64,000 bases of DNA from an uncultured Solirubrobacterales bacterium. GTDB taxonomy: Bacteria; Actinomycetota; Thermoleophilia; Solirubrobacterales; 70-9. The stretch spans positions 9,137 to 73,136 of the forward strand of contig CAWAUE010000003.1 in assembly GCA_963785195.1 (NCBI GenBank). The letters run 5' to 3'. The translations under genes were made by a program, and so were the position numbers. Below are positions 18,723 to 28,452 of this stretch, piece by piece; position 1 is the first letter of the stretch; every line of letters begins with the position of its first letter. The notes beneath the pieces were generated by a model. The model made no database searches and had not been told where the DNA came from. It saw nothing but the letters and a program-made list of their open reading frames with translations.

Positions 18723-20110
18723 GCGACCGCTACCAAGAGCGCTCACCAACTCGCCGCTAGGGCGCCCGTAGACCAGCAGGATCGGGCTGCCGCACGCCGC
18801 CGATGCTCGCTCCGCCACAGCCCGGGCGACCCGGTCGTCTGCCGGTCCGGTCGTTGCTCGGCGGAGCTCAGGGCGGCGCGGCTCGAGCGAGCCGCTTGAG
18901 CGTGCTCTGCGCTCGTTGGAGGCGGCCGTGGTCACCGACCCGGCGACCGGCTCGCCGATACGGCCGAGCCCGCTGCGCTCGTCTACGACGCGAGCGCGAT
19001 CGACCAGCCCGCGCGGCCTGCGCTCGCTGTACGAGTTCTTCCACCCGTTGATCCGCGGCCTGGCGCGAACGGCCGGGTGGTCGTGCTCGCCGGCGTCCCG
19101 GAGGAAGCAGGCATCGCCCGAGGCGGCGATCGCCCAGCAGCGCGATCGAGGGCTTCACCCGATCGCTGGCGAAGGAGATACGGCGCCAAGGGCTCGACCG
19201 CGCAGCTCGTGCTGCGTCGCCGCCGGCGGTGAGGCCGCGGCATCGGAGTCGACCCTGCGCTTCCTGCTCTCCCGGCAAGTCCGCCTACGTGGATGGGCAG
19301 GTAGATCGAGGTCGGCGCGTCGAGGCCACCGAGGTCGTCGAGCCCGCCGATTGGGAGCGCCCACTCGACGGGCAGCGTGGCGCGCCGTCACCGGCGCGGC
19401 CAGGGGGATCGGCGAGGCGATCGCCGCGACGCTGGGCCGCGACGGCGCCGAAGCTCGATCCTCGATCGACGTGCCGCCGCGGCGGGCCGATCTGAGACGC
19501 GGTCGCCAACCGCCTCGGCGCCACCGCACTACAGCTGGACATCACGGCCGCCGATGCGCCCGGGCGGCTCGCCGACCACGTCGACGACCGCCACGGCAAG
19601 CTCGACGTCGCTGGTCCACAACGCCGGGATCACCCGCGACAAGACGATCGGCCGAGATGGATCCCGAGCAGTGGGACGCGGTCCTCGACGTGAACCTCGC
19701 CAGCGCAGCTGCGACTGAACGAGCGCGTTGCTCGACCGCAACCTGCTCAGCGCCGGCGGCCGCGTGATCTCGAGTCTCCTCGGTGAGCGGCATCGCCGGC
19801 AATCGCGGCCAGGCCAACTACGCGACGCACCAAGGCCGGGGTGATCGGGATGGTCGGGGCGCTCGCGCCGCTGCTCGCCGACGCCGGCGCGACCGTGAAC
19901 GCGGTGGCCCCCGGCTTCATCGAGAGCGAAGATGACGGCGGCGATGCCCATCGGCGTCGCGCGAGGCCGGCCGACGCACGAACAGCCTGCTCCAGGGCGG
20001 CCAGCCGGTCGACGTCGCCGAGACGATCGCCTGGCTCGCGAGCCCGGCGTCAGGTGCGCATCACGGGCAACGTCGTCCGCGTCTGCGGCCAGGCCCTGAT
20101 CGGGGCGTAG
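18719..20110 (+). pseudogene. Two-domain FabG4-type 3-oxoacyl reductase (SDR): full length but multiply frameshifted
   Basis: ATG 18719 to TAG 20108-20110. Fragments: [112 protein letters not shown]. Confidence 0.8.
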
Positions 20111-20113
20111 TCG

Positions 20114-20445
20114 GTGGAGACCCGCGAGCTCGGAGTCGGCTCCGGCCCTCGGCCCGCTGTACGCGAAGGCGGCGCTCGGCTCGCTGCCGCTGCCGGGCGG
20201 CGGCGACGAACTGCCCGATCACGCGCTACGCCGTAACGGCGGTTGAGATCGACGCCGACCGGCTCGCCGACTACGCGCGCGTCTGCGGCTTCTCGCTTCG
20301 CGACGAGCTTCCGCCCACCTACCCGCACGTGCTCGGCTTCCCGCTGGCGATGCGACTGATGACCGAGCGGGACTTCCCGTTCGCGCTGCTCGGCCTGGTC
20401 CACATCGCCAACCGGATCGACGCAGCGCGCTCCGATCGCCGTCAA
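20114..20445 (+). pseudogene. MaoC/HtdX-like hydratase remnant: first ~110 codons only, frameshifted
   Basis: GTG 20114. Fragments [24 protein letters not shown] and [62 protein letters not shown]. Homology ends where the convergent gene ends. Confidence 0.65.
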
Positions 20446-20457
20446 GCGCGCCTAGGC

Positions 20458-20895
20458 CTATTCCTCTCCCTCGCCGTCGATCCGCTTCGGCGCCACCATC
20501 TCGCTGATGCCGAAGCCGTCGATCGGCGGGTCGACGAAGAACACCTCGAGCGTGATGTCCGGCTCCACGTGTGCCTGGCTGAGGAAGGCGACCACCCGGG
20601 ATCCGGTGAGCTCCTCGATCGCCTGCTTGAACGGCATTCCCATCATCTGCTGGAACTCGTGGCGCATCTCGACCACACGCTCCGGGTTACCGGTGTCGAT
20701 CATCGTCTTCTCGATCGCGGTGAATCCGTCGCGCAGCACGCAGACGATCAGATCGTCGAGAACGTACGTCTTCGCGCGCATCGGGCCCCGGCCGTAGTGC
20801 TCGCGCAAAATGCCGACGATCCGGTTCGAGATCGCGGTCAGCAGCGTCCCCCCGCTCAGCCCCTCCCCCGGCGCCTGTTGAGATTCGTCGCCCAT
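20458..20895 (-). CDS. DUF2294 domain protein
   Basis: ORF trimmed to ATG 20895, which follows GAGGAGG. Sequence [48 protein letters not shown]...[20 protein letters not shown] matches the DUF2294 pattern. Confidence 0.8.
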   Translation of the reverse strand: MGDESQQAPGEGLSGGTLLTAISNRIVGILREHYGRGPMRAKTYVLDDLIVCVLRDGFTAIEKTMIDTGNPERVVEMRHEFQQMMGMPFKQAIEELTGSRVVAFLSQAHVEPDITLEVFFVDPPIDGFGISEMVAPKRIDGEGEE

Positions 20896-21026
20896 CGATC
20901 CTCCTCGGGTGCGTTCGGCGAACACCTTAAACCGAGTACCCTTCGCTGGGAAGTTTGATCGCGCGGATCTCCCTGTCGACTCATCCACGCGCCACCCGCC
21001 CGAAGCCGGCAGCCCGGAGGTACGTA

Positions 21027-21329
21027 ATGCTGACCGAGGGCGAAGCCCGCGAGTTCGAGGCATGGATGTCCACTGCGCGACGGTGGTGTGAGAGCGCCCA
21101 GGAGATGGTCGGAGCCGCGACCGAACTCACCAACTCCTCCCGGGAGCTGGCCGAGTTGATCACAGGCGGAGGGGATGCCGTGCTGTCTGCGAACGGCGAG
21201 GACCGCGGAGTGATCGGTTCCGACCTGCGCCGGCTGGCGCAGACGATCGAGGACGAGGGACGTTCGCTGCGCGACCGGTTCCTCGCCACCGAGGCGGACC
21301 TGGACCTGTACAAGGAGTTGCTCGACTGA
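21027..21329 (+). CDS. Hypothetical helical protein (100 aa)
   Basis: ATG 21027, 6 nt after GGAGG. High GC3 and no recognisable family. Confidence 0.5.
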   Translation: MLTEGEAREFEAWMSTARRWCESAQEMVGAATELTNSSRELAELITGGGDAVLSANGEDRGVIGSDLRRLAQTIEDEGRSLRDRFLATEADLDLYKELLD

Positions 21330-21481
21330 AATCACACTGGTAAGGTTCGGCGCAGCGGCACACTGGGCTGCCACCGGCGGTTCAGGTGTTGCGTATTTAT
21401 CCCGCACGGCGTGCCGAGGGTCAGGGTACGAACTGGCCTGGAGCTTCGACTTGGGAACGTCGAGCTACTGGAAGGTGCGCG

Positions 21482-22528
21482 ATGACCGGACCTCCTGCGC
21501 GAGAACATGAGCGTGAGCTGCGGTCACGTGTGGAGCGGGGCGTCACGGGCCGAGCGCTCGCCGTTCTGGTGCACTGCTTTGCAGACTCGATCGGGGCCGA
21601 CAGGGCGGTCCTGATCGGGGGCCGGCCGACCCCGGGGAACCAGGCGCTTGCGACCTGGGTTCGGGAAGGGGACGGGGCGGTGGCCGGCCCTGCTTCCGAC
21701 GACATCCTCGGACGGGCGTTCGACAGCGGCGGGCCGGTACTCGAGACGAACGGGTCCGGCAGCGACCGGCCGATTTCGGCGGCTGCGCCGGTGGTCTTTG
21801 GAGGCCAGATGATCGGCGCAATCTATGCCAGCTTCGAGCCGCCGTCCCGTGCGACGCGCGCCCAGCTCCTCTGGATGGCGGACTCCTACGCGCGACTGGC
21901 CGGGCTGTGCATGTCACGGGACGACCTCACGCTCGCAGCCGCGCTCGGATCGGCGAGCTTCGACCCGCTCACCGGCTGTCTCACCTACGGCGCCATCGTG
22001 GAGGTGCTCAGGGCGGAGATGCAGCGAACCCATCGTCGGGGACATCGGTTGTCCGCGTGCATGATCGACCTCGACGGGTTCAAGCGCGTGAATGACGAAC
22101 AGGGGCACCTCGAGGGAAACCGGGTGTTGAGCGCCGTGGGTGCCGCGCTCCGCACCGCGGCCCGCAGATATGACGCCGTCGGACGCTTCGGCGGGGACGA
22201 GTTCATGGTCGTGCTGCCGGAAACCGCCAACCGCGACGGCGAGCGGATCGCGGAGCGCTTTTTGGCCAGTCTCCGTCCGGCGGTCCGCGCAACCACGAGC
22301 GTCCCGGTCGACGCCTCAGCCGGGATCACGGAGTGGGACGGCGAGAGCTCGCCGCTCAAATTGCTCGATCAGGCCGACGGGATGATGCGCGAGGCCAAGC
22401 GGGCCGGCGGCGGGCGGGTTCAATCAGCGGACGGTCGGGCCCAGCCCGACGGCCTGACCGAGCTCAGCCGCTACATGTTCGGCTCGTTCCGGTCCGGCCG
22501 CTCGAACCGCAACGGCGATCCGGGCTGA
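21482..22528 (+). CDS. Diguanylate cyclase (GGDEF) with N-terminal GAF-like domain
   Basis: Motifs DLDGFKRVNDEQGHLEGNRVL, RFGGDEFMVVL (GGDEF), LLDQADGMMREAKRAGGGRV. Start ATG 21482 chosen inside ORF 21386..22528. Confidence 0.9.
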   Translation: MTGPPAREHERELRSRVERGVTGRALAVLVHCFADSIGADRAVLIGGRPTPGNQALATWVREGDGAVAGPASDDILGRAFDSGGPVLETNGSGSDRPISAAAPVVFGGQMIGAIYASFEPPSRATRAQLLWMADSYARLAGLCMSRDDLTLAAALGSASFDPLTGCLTYGAIVEVLRAEMQRTHRRGHRLSACMIDLDGFKRVNDEQGHLEGNRVLSAVGAALRTAARRYDAVGRFGGDEFMVVLPETANRDGERIAERFLASLRPAVRATTSVPVDASAGITEWDGESSPLKLLDQADGMMREAKRAGGGRVQSADGRAQPDGLTELSRYMFGSFRSGRSNRNGDPG

Positions 22529-22538
22529 GCCGGCGGCC

Positions 22539-23039
22539 TCAGCCCGCTTCCGCGCGGTCGCCGCTGGAACGCTGGGCCGCTTCCGGCGAAGCCTCCCAGA
22601 AGTCGTCGACCTTGGTGGCGTCGTTGTGCTCGCTGCGCCGCGAGATGGCCCAGAGCTCGACTGGCTCGTCGCCCTCGTTGCGGTGCGAGCGCACGGTCGC
22701 CGGGGCGACCCGGGCGACCGAGCCCGCGCCGACGCGGCGAATCTCGCTGTCGAAGCGCATGGTCAGCGTCCCCCGGGACACGAGGTAGAGCTCCTCGGTG
22801 GTGTCGTGGCGATGGCCCGTGCCCTGCTCGAAGTCGCTGTGCGGCGGGACGCGGATCAGGGTGATCGCGAGCTGCTCGGCGCCGAGCGCCTCGGTGAGGC
22901 TGCGGAACTCGCCGGGTACGTCGCTGCCCTCATACGGGTTCGAGATCTGGTCGGCGGCGACGACGGAGAAGGAGTCGGGGCTGACTTCGGCCACGGCGCT
23001 CCTGCTACCCGGGTCCGGCTTCGCTGGAACCCGCGTCAC
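22539..23039 (-). CDS. Cupin domain protein
   Basis: Cupin motifs PPHSDFEQGTGHRHDTTEELYLVSRG and VRSHRNEG. Confidence 0.8.
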   Translation of the reverse strand: MTRVPAKPDPGSRSAVAEVSPDSFSVVAADQISNPYEGSDVPGEFRSLTEALGAEQLAITLIRVPPHSDFEQGTGHRHDTTEELYLVSRGTLTMRFDSEIRRVGAGSVARVAPATVRSHRNEGDEPVELWAISRRSEHNDATKVDDFWEASPEAAQRSSGDRAEAG

Positions 23040-23048
23040 AATCGGTAG

Positions 23049-24095
23049 GTGTCCTCCGATTCCGCCACCGGGCTACCGAGCGAGTTCCAGACCCGGTCGC
23101 TTCGCCGCCGGGGCCTGCAGGCGATCGCAGCGCTCGGCGTCTTCGTGGCCATCATCCTGCTCACGCCCGGCCTCGGCGAGGCGCGCGACGCGCTCGCCGA
23201 CGCCGACCCCGCGTGGCTCGCCCTGGGGGTGGTGTTCGAGGGGCTTTCGTGCGCGTCGTACGTCGTCATGTTCGGCCCGGTCTTCTGCGCCGGCCTGAGC
23301 TGGCAGCGGAGCTGGCAGATCGGCGGGTCCGAGCTGGCTATGGGCTCGATCGTGCCGGCCAGCGGCGCAGCCGGGCTCGCGCTGGGAGCCTGGATCCTTC
23401 ATCGGGGCGGCATGGACGGCGAGCGGATCGCCAGGCGCTCCGTCGCCTTCTTCCTCATCAAGAGCGGGGTGAACTTCGTCGCGGTGGCGGTGATCGGGGC
23501 GGTGATGGCCCTCGGCCTCGCCGGCCCGTCGCTATCGCTGTGGCTGACGGCGTTTCCCGCGGCGCTGGCGGCGCTCTCCCTTGCGCTGGTCGCCGCGCTC
23601 CCGCGCCTCGGGCCGGGCGAGCCGCCCGCCCCGGACGCCTCGCGGGCGCGGCGCTGGCTCAGCGCGACGCGCCGCGCCATGATCGACGGCACGCGTGAGG
23701 CTTTCGGGATCCTGCGGTCCGGAAATCTGCGCGTGATCCTCGGCGCCGTCGGCTACTGGGCGTTCGACAACGCGGTGCTCTGGGCGACCCTGCACGCGGT
23801 CGGCCTCAGCCCCCCGCTGACCGTCGTGCTCATGGGCTATCTGATCGGCCAGCTCGGCGGCCTGCTGCCGCTCCCCGGCGGGATCGGGGGGATCGACGGG
23901 GGTCTGATCGGAACCCTGATCGTCTACGGCGTCCCGGCCGCGGGAACGGCCGCGGCGGTCCTCGCCTACCGCTTGATCCTGTTCTGGCTGCCGCTGATCG
24001 CCGGCGGACAGGCCTTCCTGTCGCTCCGGCGCCACATGCCGGGCGGCGGCGAGCTGTCCTCGTGCGCCCCCGCGTTCGCCGCGCAATCGAGGTGA
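23049..24095 (+). CDS. UPF0104 / lysylphosphatidylglycerol-synthase-TM-like flippase-like membrane protein
   Basis: Polytopic, with QLGGLLPLPGGIGGIDGGLIG characteristic of the LPG_synthase_TM family. Confidence 0.8.
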   Translation: MSSDSATGLPSEFQTRSLRRRGLQAIAALGVFVAIILLTPGLGEARDALADADPAWLALGVVFEGLSCASYVVMFGPVFCAGLSWQRSWQIGGSELAMGSIVPASGAAGLALGAWILHRGGMDGERIARRSVAFFLIKSGVNFVAVAVIGAVMALGLAGPSLSLWLTAFPAALAALSLALVAALPRLGPGEPPAPDASRARRWLSATRRAMIDGTREAFGILRSGNLRVILGAVGYWAFDNAVLWATLHAVGLSPPLTVVLMGYLIGQLGGLLPLPGGIGGIDGGLIGTLIVYGVPAAGTAAAVLAYRLILFWLPLIAGGQAFLSLRRHMPGGGELSSCAPAFAAQSR

Positions 24096-24193
24096 TGCGG
24101 ACAGGATGACCACGCCCGCCGCCGGCCGAGCGTCACGTTGCCCGTCCAGGAGGCGGTTAACGTGACACTCGGCGTTGAGAGGGGCGCGCCGGC

Positions 24194-25159
24194 CTAGTTG
24201 CTCGGGTCGTAGTCGTAGCGGTCGAGCAGGGCGCGGATCTCGTGGGCCATCGGCGGGTCGCGGAAGGCGTTGTAGGAGGAGAGGAACGTCCCGGGCCCGC
24301 GCGGGCGCGGGTGTACGCACTCGGGGAAGAGCGCCGGGTAGGACATCCGGAAGCCGTAACGGAGCTGCGCCGAGGCACGCCGCCGGATCAGCTGACGCCG
24401 GCGGGAGGTGTTGAAGTCCTTGATGAAGCGGCAGCCGCCGCTCGCCTTGTCGTCCGGGTCGTTGTTGAGGTGGTAGAGGACGGGGGCCCGCGCCGAGATC
24501 CGCTGCACGGCGGGCAGGTTGAGATGGAAGCCGTCGTCCTGCACGCTCAGGAAGTCGGCGTTCACCGGGAACGCCCGCTCGCGCGCGAGGCCGAAGACGT
24601 TGCCGCCGATCCACTGTCCGCGGGTGTGGGCCCACGCGATCGCGGCCTTGACCATCTTCGGGTGCCGGCGGGCGGCGCTCGAGAGGAAGTCGAAGAACCA
24701 GCCCTCGTTGCCGAGCTTCGCGCTCAGCCGGCGCATCGTCGTCGTCACCGCCTTGGGAGTCCGGTACTGAGCGGCGTTGAGGACCACGTCGAACTGGACG
24801 TTGGGGCTGCTGCGCCGGACAATGGCCCGAATCTGGCGCCAGGCGCGGACCTCGCCGTGCGTCGGGTACTGGTCGCGCGCGTAGCGCAAGAGCCCGGTGA
24901 CCCAGGTCGGGTGCAGCGACGCGAGCGAGCGCCCAATGCGGTTCGAGGTGCTGTTGCGCACCACGTGCAGGCGCGTGTGGTAGACGCGGGACGAGACCAC
25001 CCGGGAGAGCGCCGCCGGAAAGCCGGGCGGCCCGGGCGGAATCGCCGCGGCCGGGCGGTCGACGGCCGGAGCGGAGGCCGACGCCGACGCGACCCCCGCA
25101 GCAAGCGCGGCGACGCAGGCGACACCGATCAATCCCCGCGCGAACACAGTGGGCTTCAT
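24194..25159 (-). CDS. Secreted hypothetical protein
   Basis: ORF 24194..25705 trimmed to ATG 25159. Signal peptide MKPTVFARGLIGVACVAALAAGVASASA. No family recognised. Confidence 0.6.
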   Translation of the reverse strand: MKPTVFARGLIGVACVAALAAGVASASASAPAVDRPAAAIPPGPPGFPAALSRVVSSRVYHTRLHVVRNSTSNRIGRSLASLHPTWVTGLLRYARDQYPTHGEVRAWRQIRAIVRRSSPNVQFDVVLNAAQYRTPKAVTTTMRRLSAKLGNEGWFFDFLSSAARRHPKMVKAAIAWAHTRGQWIGGNVFGLARERAFPVNADFLSVQDDGFHLNLPAVQRISARAPVLYHLNNDPDDKASGGCRFIKDFNTSRRRQLIRRRASAQLRYGFRMSYPALFPECVHPRPRGPGTFLSSYNAFRDPPMAHEIRALLDRYDYDPSN

Positions 25160-25214
25160 ATACCAGGCCCGGCAGCGCGTCCTGCGCTCCGACGCGCGGC
25201 GCAGCCCCGATCGC

Positions 25215-26431
25215 TCAGCGCAGCTCGTTCTCGCGCGCAGGGAGCCGGGCGGACCGCGGCGCCTCGGGGACGGGCTTGGCGGCCGCACCGCGGCCGTGCG
25301 CGCGGCTGCCCCACTTCGGGGCGACCGGATCGAGGTCGGCGAGCATCGCCTTCCAGGTCGCCGCGTCGAGCACGCCCGTCGGGGCGAGCCCGACCTGACC
25401 CTGAAGCTCGCGGACCCCGCGCGAGGTGAGGATCCCGTAGTTGCCGGTGATGTCGGCGTGGAAAAAGCCGCCCGCGGCGAGGTGCTCCTGCGCCCAGACG
25501 ACGAGGTCGCCCTGGGCGCCCTTCTCGAGCTTCGGGTAGCTCGAGGGCGGCTGGTAGCCCCGGGCGCGCCCGATGTGCCGCTTGGTGGCGGAGCGGAAGC
25601 CGCGCTTGGAGGCGTGCTGCCAGGACCACCAGGAGGTGCCGGCGAAGCCGTCGGCCTTCGCGATCTGGCGGAAGCGGCGGACCTCGCGCCCGCGCGGGTT
25701 GTCATACAGCTGGCCGATCGGGCTGATCGGCCGGCCGTAGACGCGGTTATAGGTGTAGGTGGTCGTCATCGCCTCGTCGACGCTGTCGCCGATCGCCTTC
25801 CAGTAGACCTGAGGCAGGTTGAACTCCGCCCCGCCCGGCCCCAGGAAGACCGAGTACGGGTATGCCGGGTGGTAGTGCACGTACGGGAAGCCGGCGAGCC
25901 CGACGCGGGAAATCGTCGCCAACGGCCGCGCGCAGGCGGTTGACGTACGTGCGGGCCTGCGAGTAGCGGCCCTCGTACTCCGACTCGGCGTCGATCACCA
26001 GGCAGTCCGCCCCGTCGGCCGCGGCCGCCGCGCCCACCTTCGCCTCGCCGACCGGGTCGGAGCCGTACACGTACTGCCAGGCGCAGACGCTGCAGGCCGC
26101 CCCGCTTCAGCGCCGCCACGAGCCCCGGAGTGAACTGGCTCCAGTTGTCGTCGCCGTCGCCTGACTTGATGAAGACCGTGTCGATCCCCCGCGAGCGGGC
26201 GCGGGAAGCGATCCGGGCCGGATCACCCCCCTGGGCCTTCGAGACGTACCAGATCCACATCCCGTCGCCGCGAAAGGCGGACCCGTCCGCGATCGTCGGC
26301 GCGGTCGGGGGCTGCTGTCGGCGGGCGGCGTCCGCGGTCGCGGGTGCGACCGCCAGGGCGCAGGCGAGGACGGCGAGCGCCGCAATCGGCCGGCGCCGCG
26401 CCGCGGGTCTGTTGTGTCCACGCAGCTTCAT
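25215..26431 (-). pseudogene. Secreted TIM-barrel glycoside-hydrolase-like protein with C-terminal peptidoglycan-binding (PG_binding_1) domain; two frameshifts (about 26089 and 25905)
   Basis: Three track ORFs join into one protein: MKLRGHNRPAARRRPIAALAVLACALAVAPATA...GMWIWYVSKAQGG...GLQ | VCAWQYVYGSDPVGEA...CLVIDAESEYE...DDFP | VGLAGFPYVHYHPAYPY...GDLVVWAQEHLAAGGFFHADITGNYGILTSRGVRELQ. Confidence 0.7.
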
Positions 26432-26458
26432 CGGGGCCACCCTTCGGTGTCCTATTGC

Positions 26459-27016
26459 CTAAACAGCCCCGGGGGCCGATCGATGCGCTCGCCAGAGCTC
26501 CGCCCGGATCGCCCAGCGCTCGTGGTCGCGCCAGCGCCCGCCGACCTTGAGGTAGCGCTCCGAATAGCCCTCGCACACGAACCCGAGCGCGCGCACGAGC
26601 GCCTTTGAGGGCGCGTTCTGAGGCTGGATGTTGGCCTCGACACGGTGCAGGCGCAGGCGCCCGAACGCCTCGCCCAGCACGAGGCCGACCCCAGCGCGCA
26701 TGTAGCCGCGCCCGGCGTAGCCCTCCACCGCGCCGAAGCCGATGTAGGCGCCGCGCAGCGGATCGCCGAGGATCTGGCTGAGGTTGCTCATCCCGACGAG
26801 CTCGTCGTCGGACCGGCGCAGGATCAGAAAGCCCTCGAACTCGTCCGTCGCCTGGCGCGCGAGCCACCGGTCAAAGCCGGCGTCGGTGACGGGCGGGTAC
26901 ACCCACGGCCGGTGCAGATCGCGACTGCGCCGCATCGCCCCCAGCACCTGCGCCCGCCGGTCCTCCGTCGGCGGCACCAGGTGGAGCTCGGATCTCCGGG
27001 ATCGCGACTCGCGCAT
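26459..27016 (-). CDS. GNAT family N-acetyltransferase (RimJ/RimL-like)
   Basis: Motifs IGFGAVEGYAGRGYMRAGV and LHRVEANIQPQNAPSKALVRALGF. Confidence 0.85.
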   Translation of the reverse strand: MRESRSRRSELHLVPPTEDRRAQVLGAMRRSRDLHRPWVYPPVTDAGFDRWLARQATDEFEGFLILRRSDDELVGMSNLSQILGDPLRGAYIGFGAVEGYAGRGYMRAGVGLVLGEAFGRLRLHRVEANIQPQNAPSKALVRALGFVCEGYSERYLKVGGRWRDHERWAIRAELWRAHRSAPGAV

Positions 27017-27104
27017 CGCGACCTATCATGCAGCGTCCATGGTGCGGGGCGGGCTGGTTTTGCCGTCTGAGCGCAGGGGTAGACAGGAAGGGCGTTCCGG
27101 GCTC

Positions 27105-28430
27105 ATGCGGTCACCTACATTCATGCCTCCAGCCCTCGTCTTCGGGGCCGATGTCACCGGCCTTGCCGTCGTGCGCGCGCTCGGCCGCAACGGCATTCCC
27201 GTCTATGGCGTTGGTGACCGCGATCAGCTGGTTGGGCGCTCGCGCTGGCACATGCGCGCCCCCGGGGGGGCGATCGAGGAGACGTCCGACGGCGAGCGGG
27301 TCGCCGCGTACCTGCGCGGGCTGCCGTTCGAGCGCACGGTCCTCTTCCCGTGCTCGGACGAGTGGGCGAGCGCGCTCGCCTCGCTGCCGCCCGAGACGAC
27401 CGCGAACCACAGCGCTCCGGTCGCCCCGGCGCGGGTCCTGCGGGCGCTCGTCGACAAGGCCCGGTTCGCCGCCGCGGCGGGCGAGTTCGAGGTGCCCACC
27501 CCGCGCACCGTGCGCGCGTCATGCCCCAGCGACCTCGAGGCGCTTGAGGAGGCCGATCTCAGCGCGCTCTTCTTCAAGCCCACCAACTCGCAGCTCTTCT
27601 CCCGGCGCTTTGGCGTCAAGGCGATGCGGGCGCGCGGGCGTGCTGAAGCGATCGAGCTCCTCGCCCGCGTCGACGATGCCGGGCTCGAGGTCCTGCTCCA
27701 GGAATACATCCCGGGGCCGCCGACCGACCACATCTTCCTCGACGGCTACGTCGACCGCGGCGGGGTGATGCGTGCGTGCCTCGCGCGCCGCCGGCTGCGG
27801 ATGTACCCGCCGGAGTTCGGCAACAGCACGATGTCGGTGACGATGCCGCTCGACCAGGCCGGCCCTGCTGTCGAGAGCCTCGGGCGCCTGCTCACGGGCA
27901 TCGGCTACAACGGCCTCTTCGACGCCGAGTTCAAGTACGACCACCGCGACGGGCAGTTCAAGGTGCTCGAGGTCAACGCGCGGCCCTGGTGGCAGCTCGA
28001 GATCGCGGCCGCCTCCGGCCTCGACCTCTGCTTGATGGCCTACCGCGACGCGCTCGGGCTGCCGTTCGCCGACGGCGGCGACTACCACGTCGGGCGCACG
28101 TGGGTCCACCCGGTGCCGGACCTGCGCGCCTGGTGGGCGGGGCGCCGCGCGGGCCGTGTCGCCGGCAGCATCCCGCCCCGCGCCTTCTTCGGCGCCGCCA
28201 ACGCGGTCTTCAGCTTCGACGACCCGAAGCCGCTCGCCGACGAGCTCGGCCGGCGCGCGCGCAACGGCCTCACCGCATCGGTGGACCGCCTGCGCGCACG
28301 GCTCCGCCCCGAGCCGCTGCCGCCCTTGGCGCGTCCCGAGCCCGCGGTCCCGAGCGTTCCGACGACCCCGGCGCGGACAGGGCGCTTCCGGATCCCGAGC
28401 CCGTCCCGAACCGCCTCCTCGGCCGGCTGA
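27105..28430 (+). CDS. ATP-grasp domain protein (carboxylate-amine ligase-like)
   Basis: ORF 26784..28430 trimmed to ATG 27105. Motifs LFFKPTNS, VLLQEYIPG, GLFDAEFKYDHRDGQFKVLEVNARPW. Confidence 0.8.
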   Translation: MRSPTFMPPALVFGADVTGLAVVRALGRNGIPVYGVGDRDQLVGRSRWHMRAPGGAIEETSDGERVAAYLRGLPFERTVLFPCSDEWASALASLPPETTANHSAPVAPARVLRALVDKARFAAAAGEFEVPTPRTVRASCPSDLEALEEADLSALFFKPTNSQLFSRRFGVKAMRARGRAEAIELLARVDDAGLEVLLQEYIPGPPTDHIFLDGYVDRGGVMRACLARRRLRMYPPEFGNSTMSVTMPLDQAGPAVESLGRLLTGIGYNGLFDAEFKYDHRDGQFKVLEVNARPWWQLEIAAASGLDLCLMAYRDALGLPFADGGDYHVGRTWVHPVPDLRAWWAGRRAGRVAGSIPPRAFFGAANAVFSFDDPKPLADELGRRARNGLTASVDRLRARLRPEPLPPLARPEPAVPSVPTTPARTGRFRIPSPSRTASSAG

Positions 28431-28452
28431 CCGGCTCCCGCCGCGTACGCGC

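Noticed and set aside
24133-24170. Imperfect hairpin GTCACGTT...(loop about 19 nt)...AACGTGAC between the convergent genes at 24095 and 24194.
   Set aside because: The 8-bp stem with a large loop and no U-tract is not distinguishable from chance.
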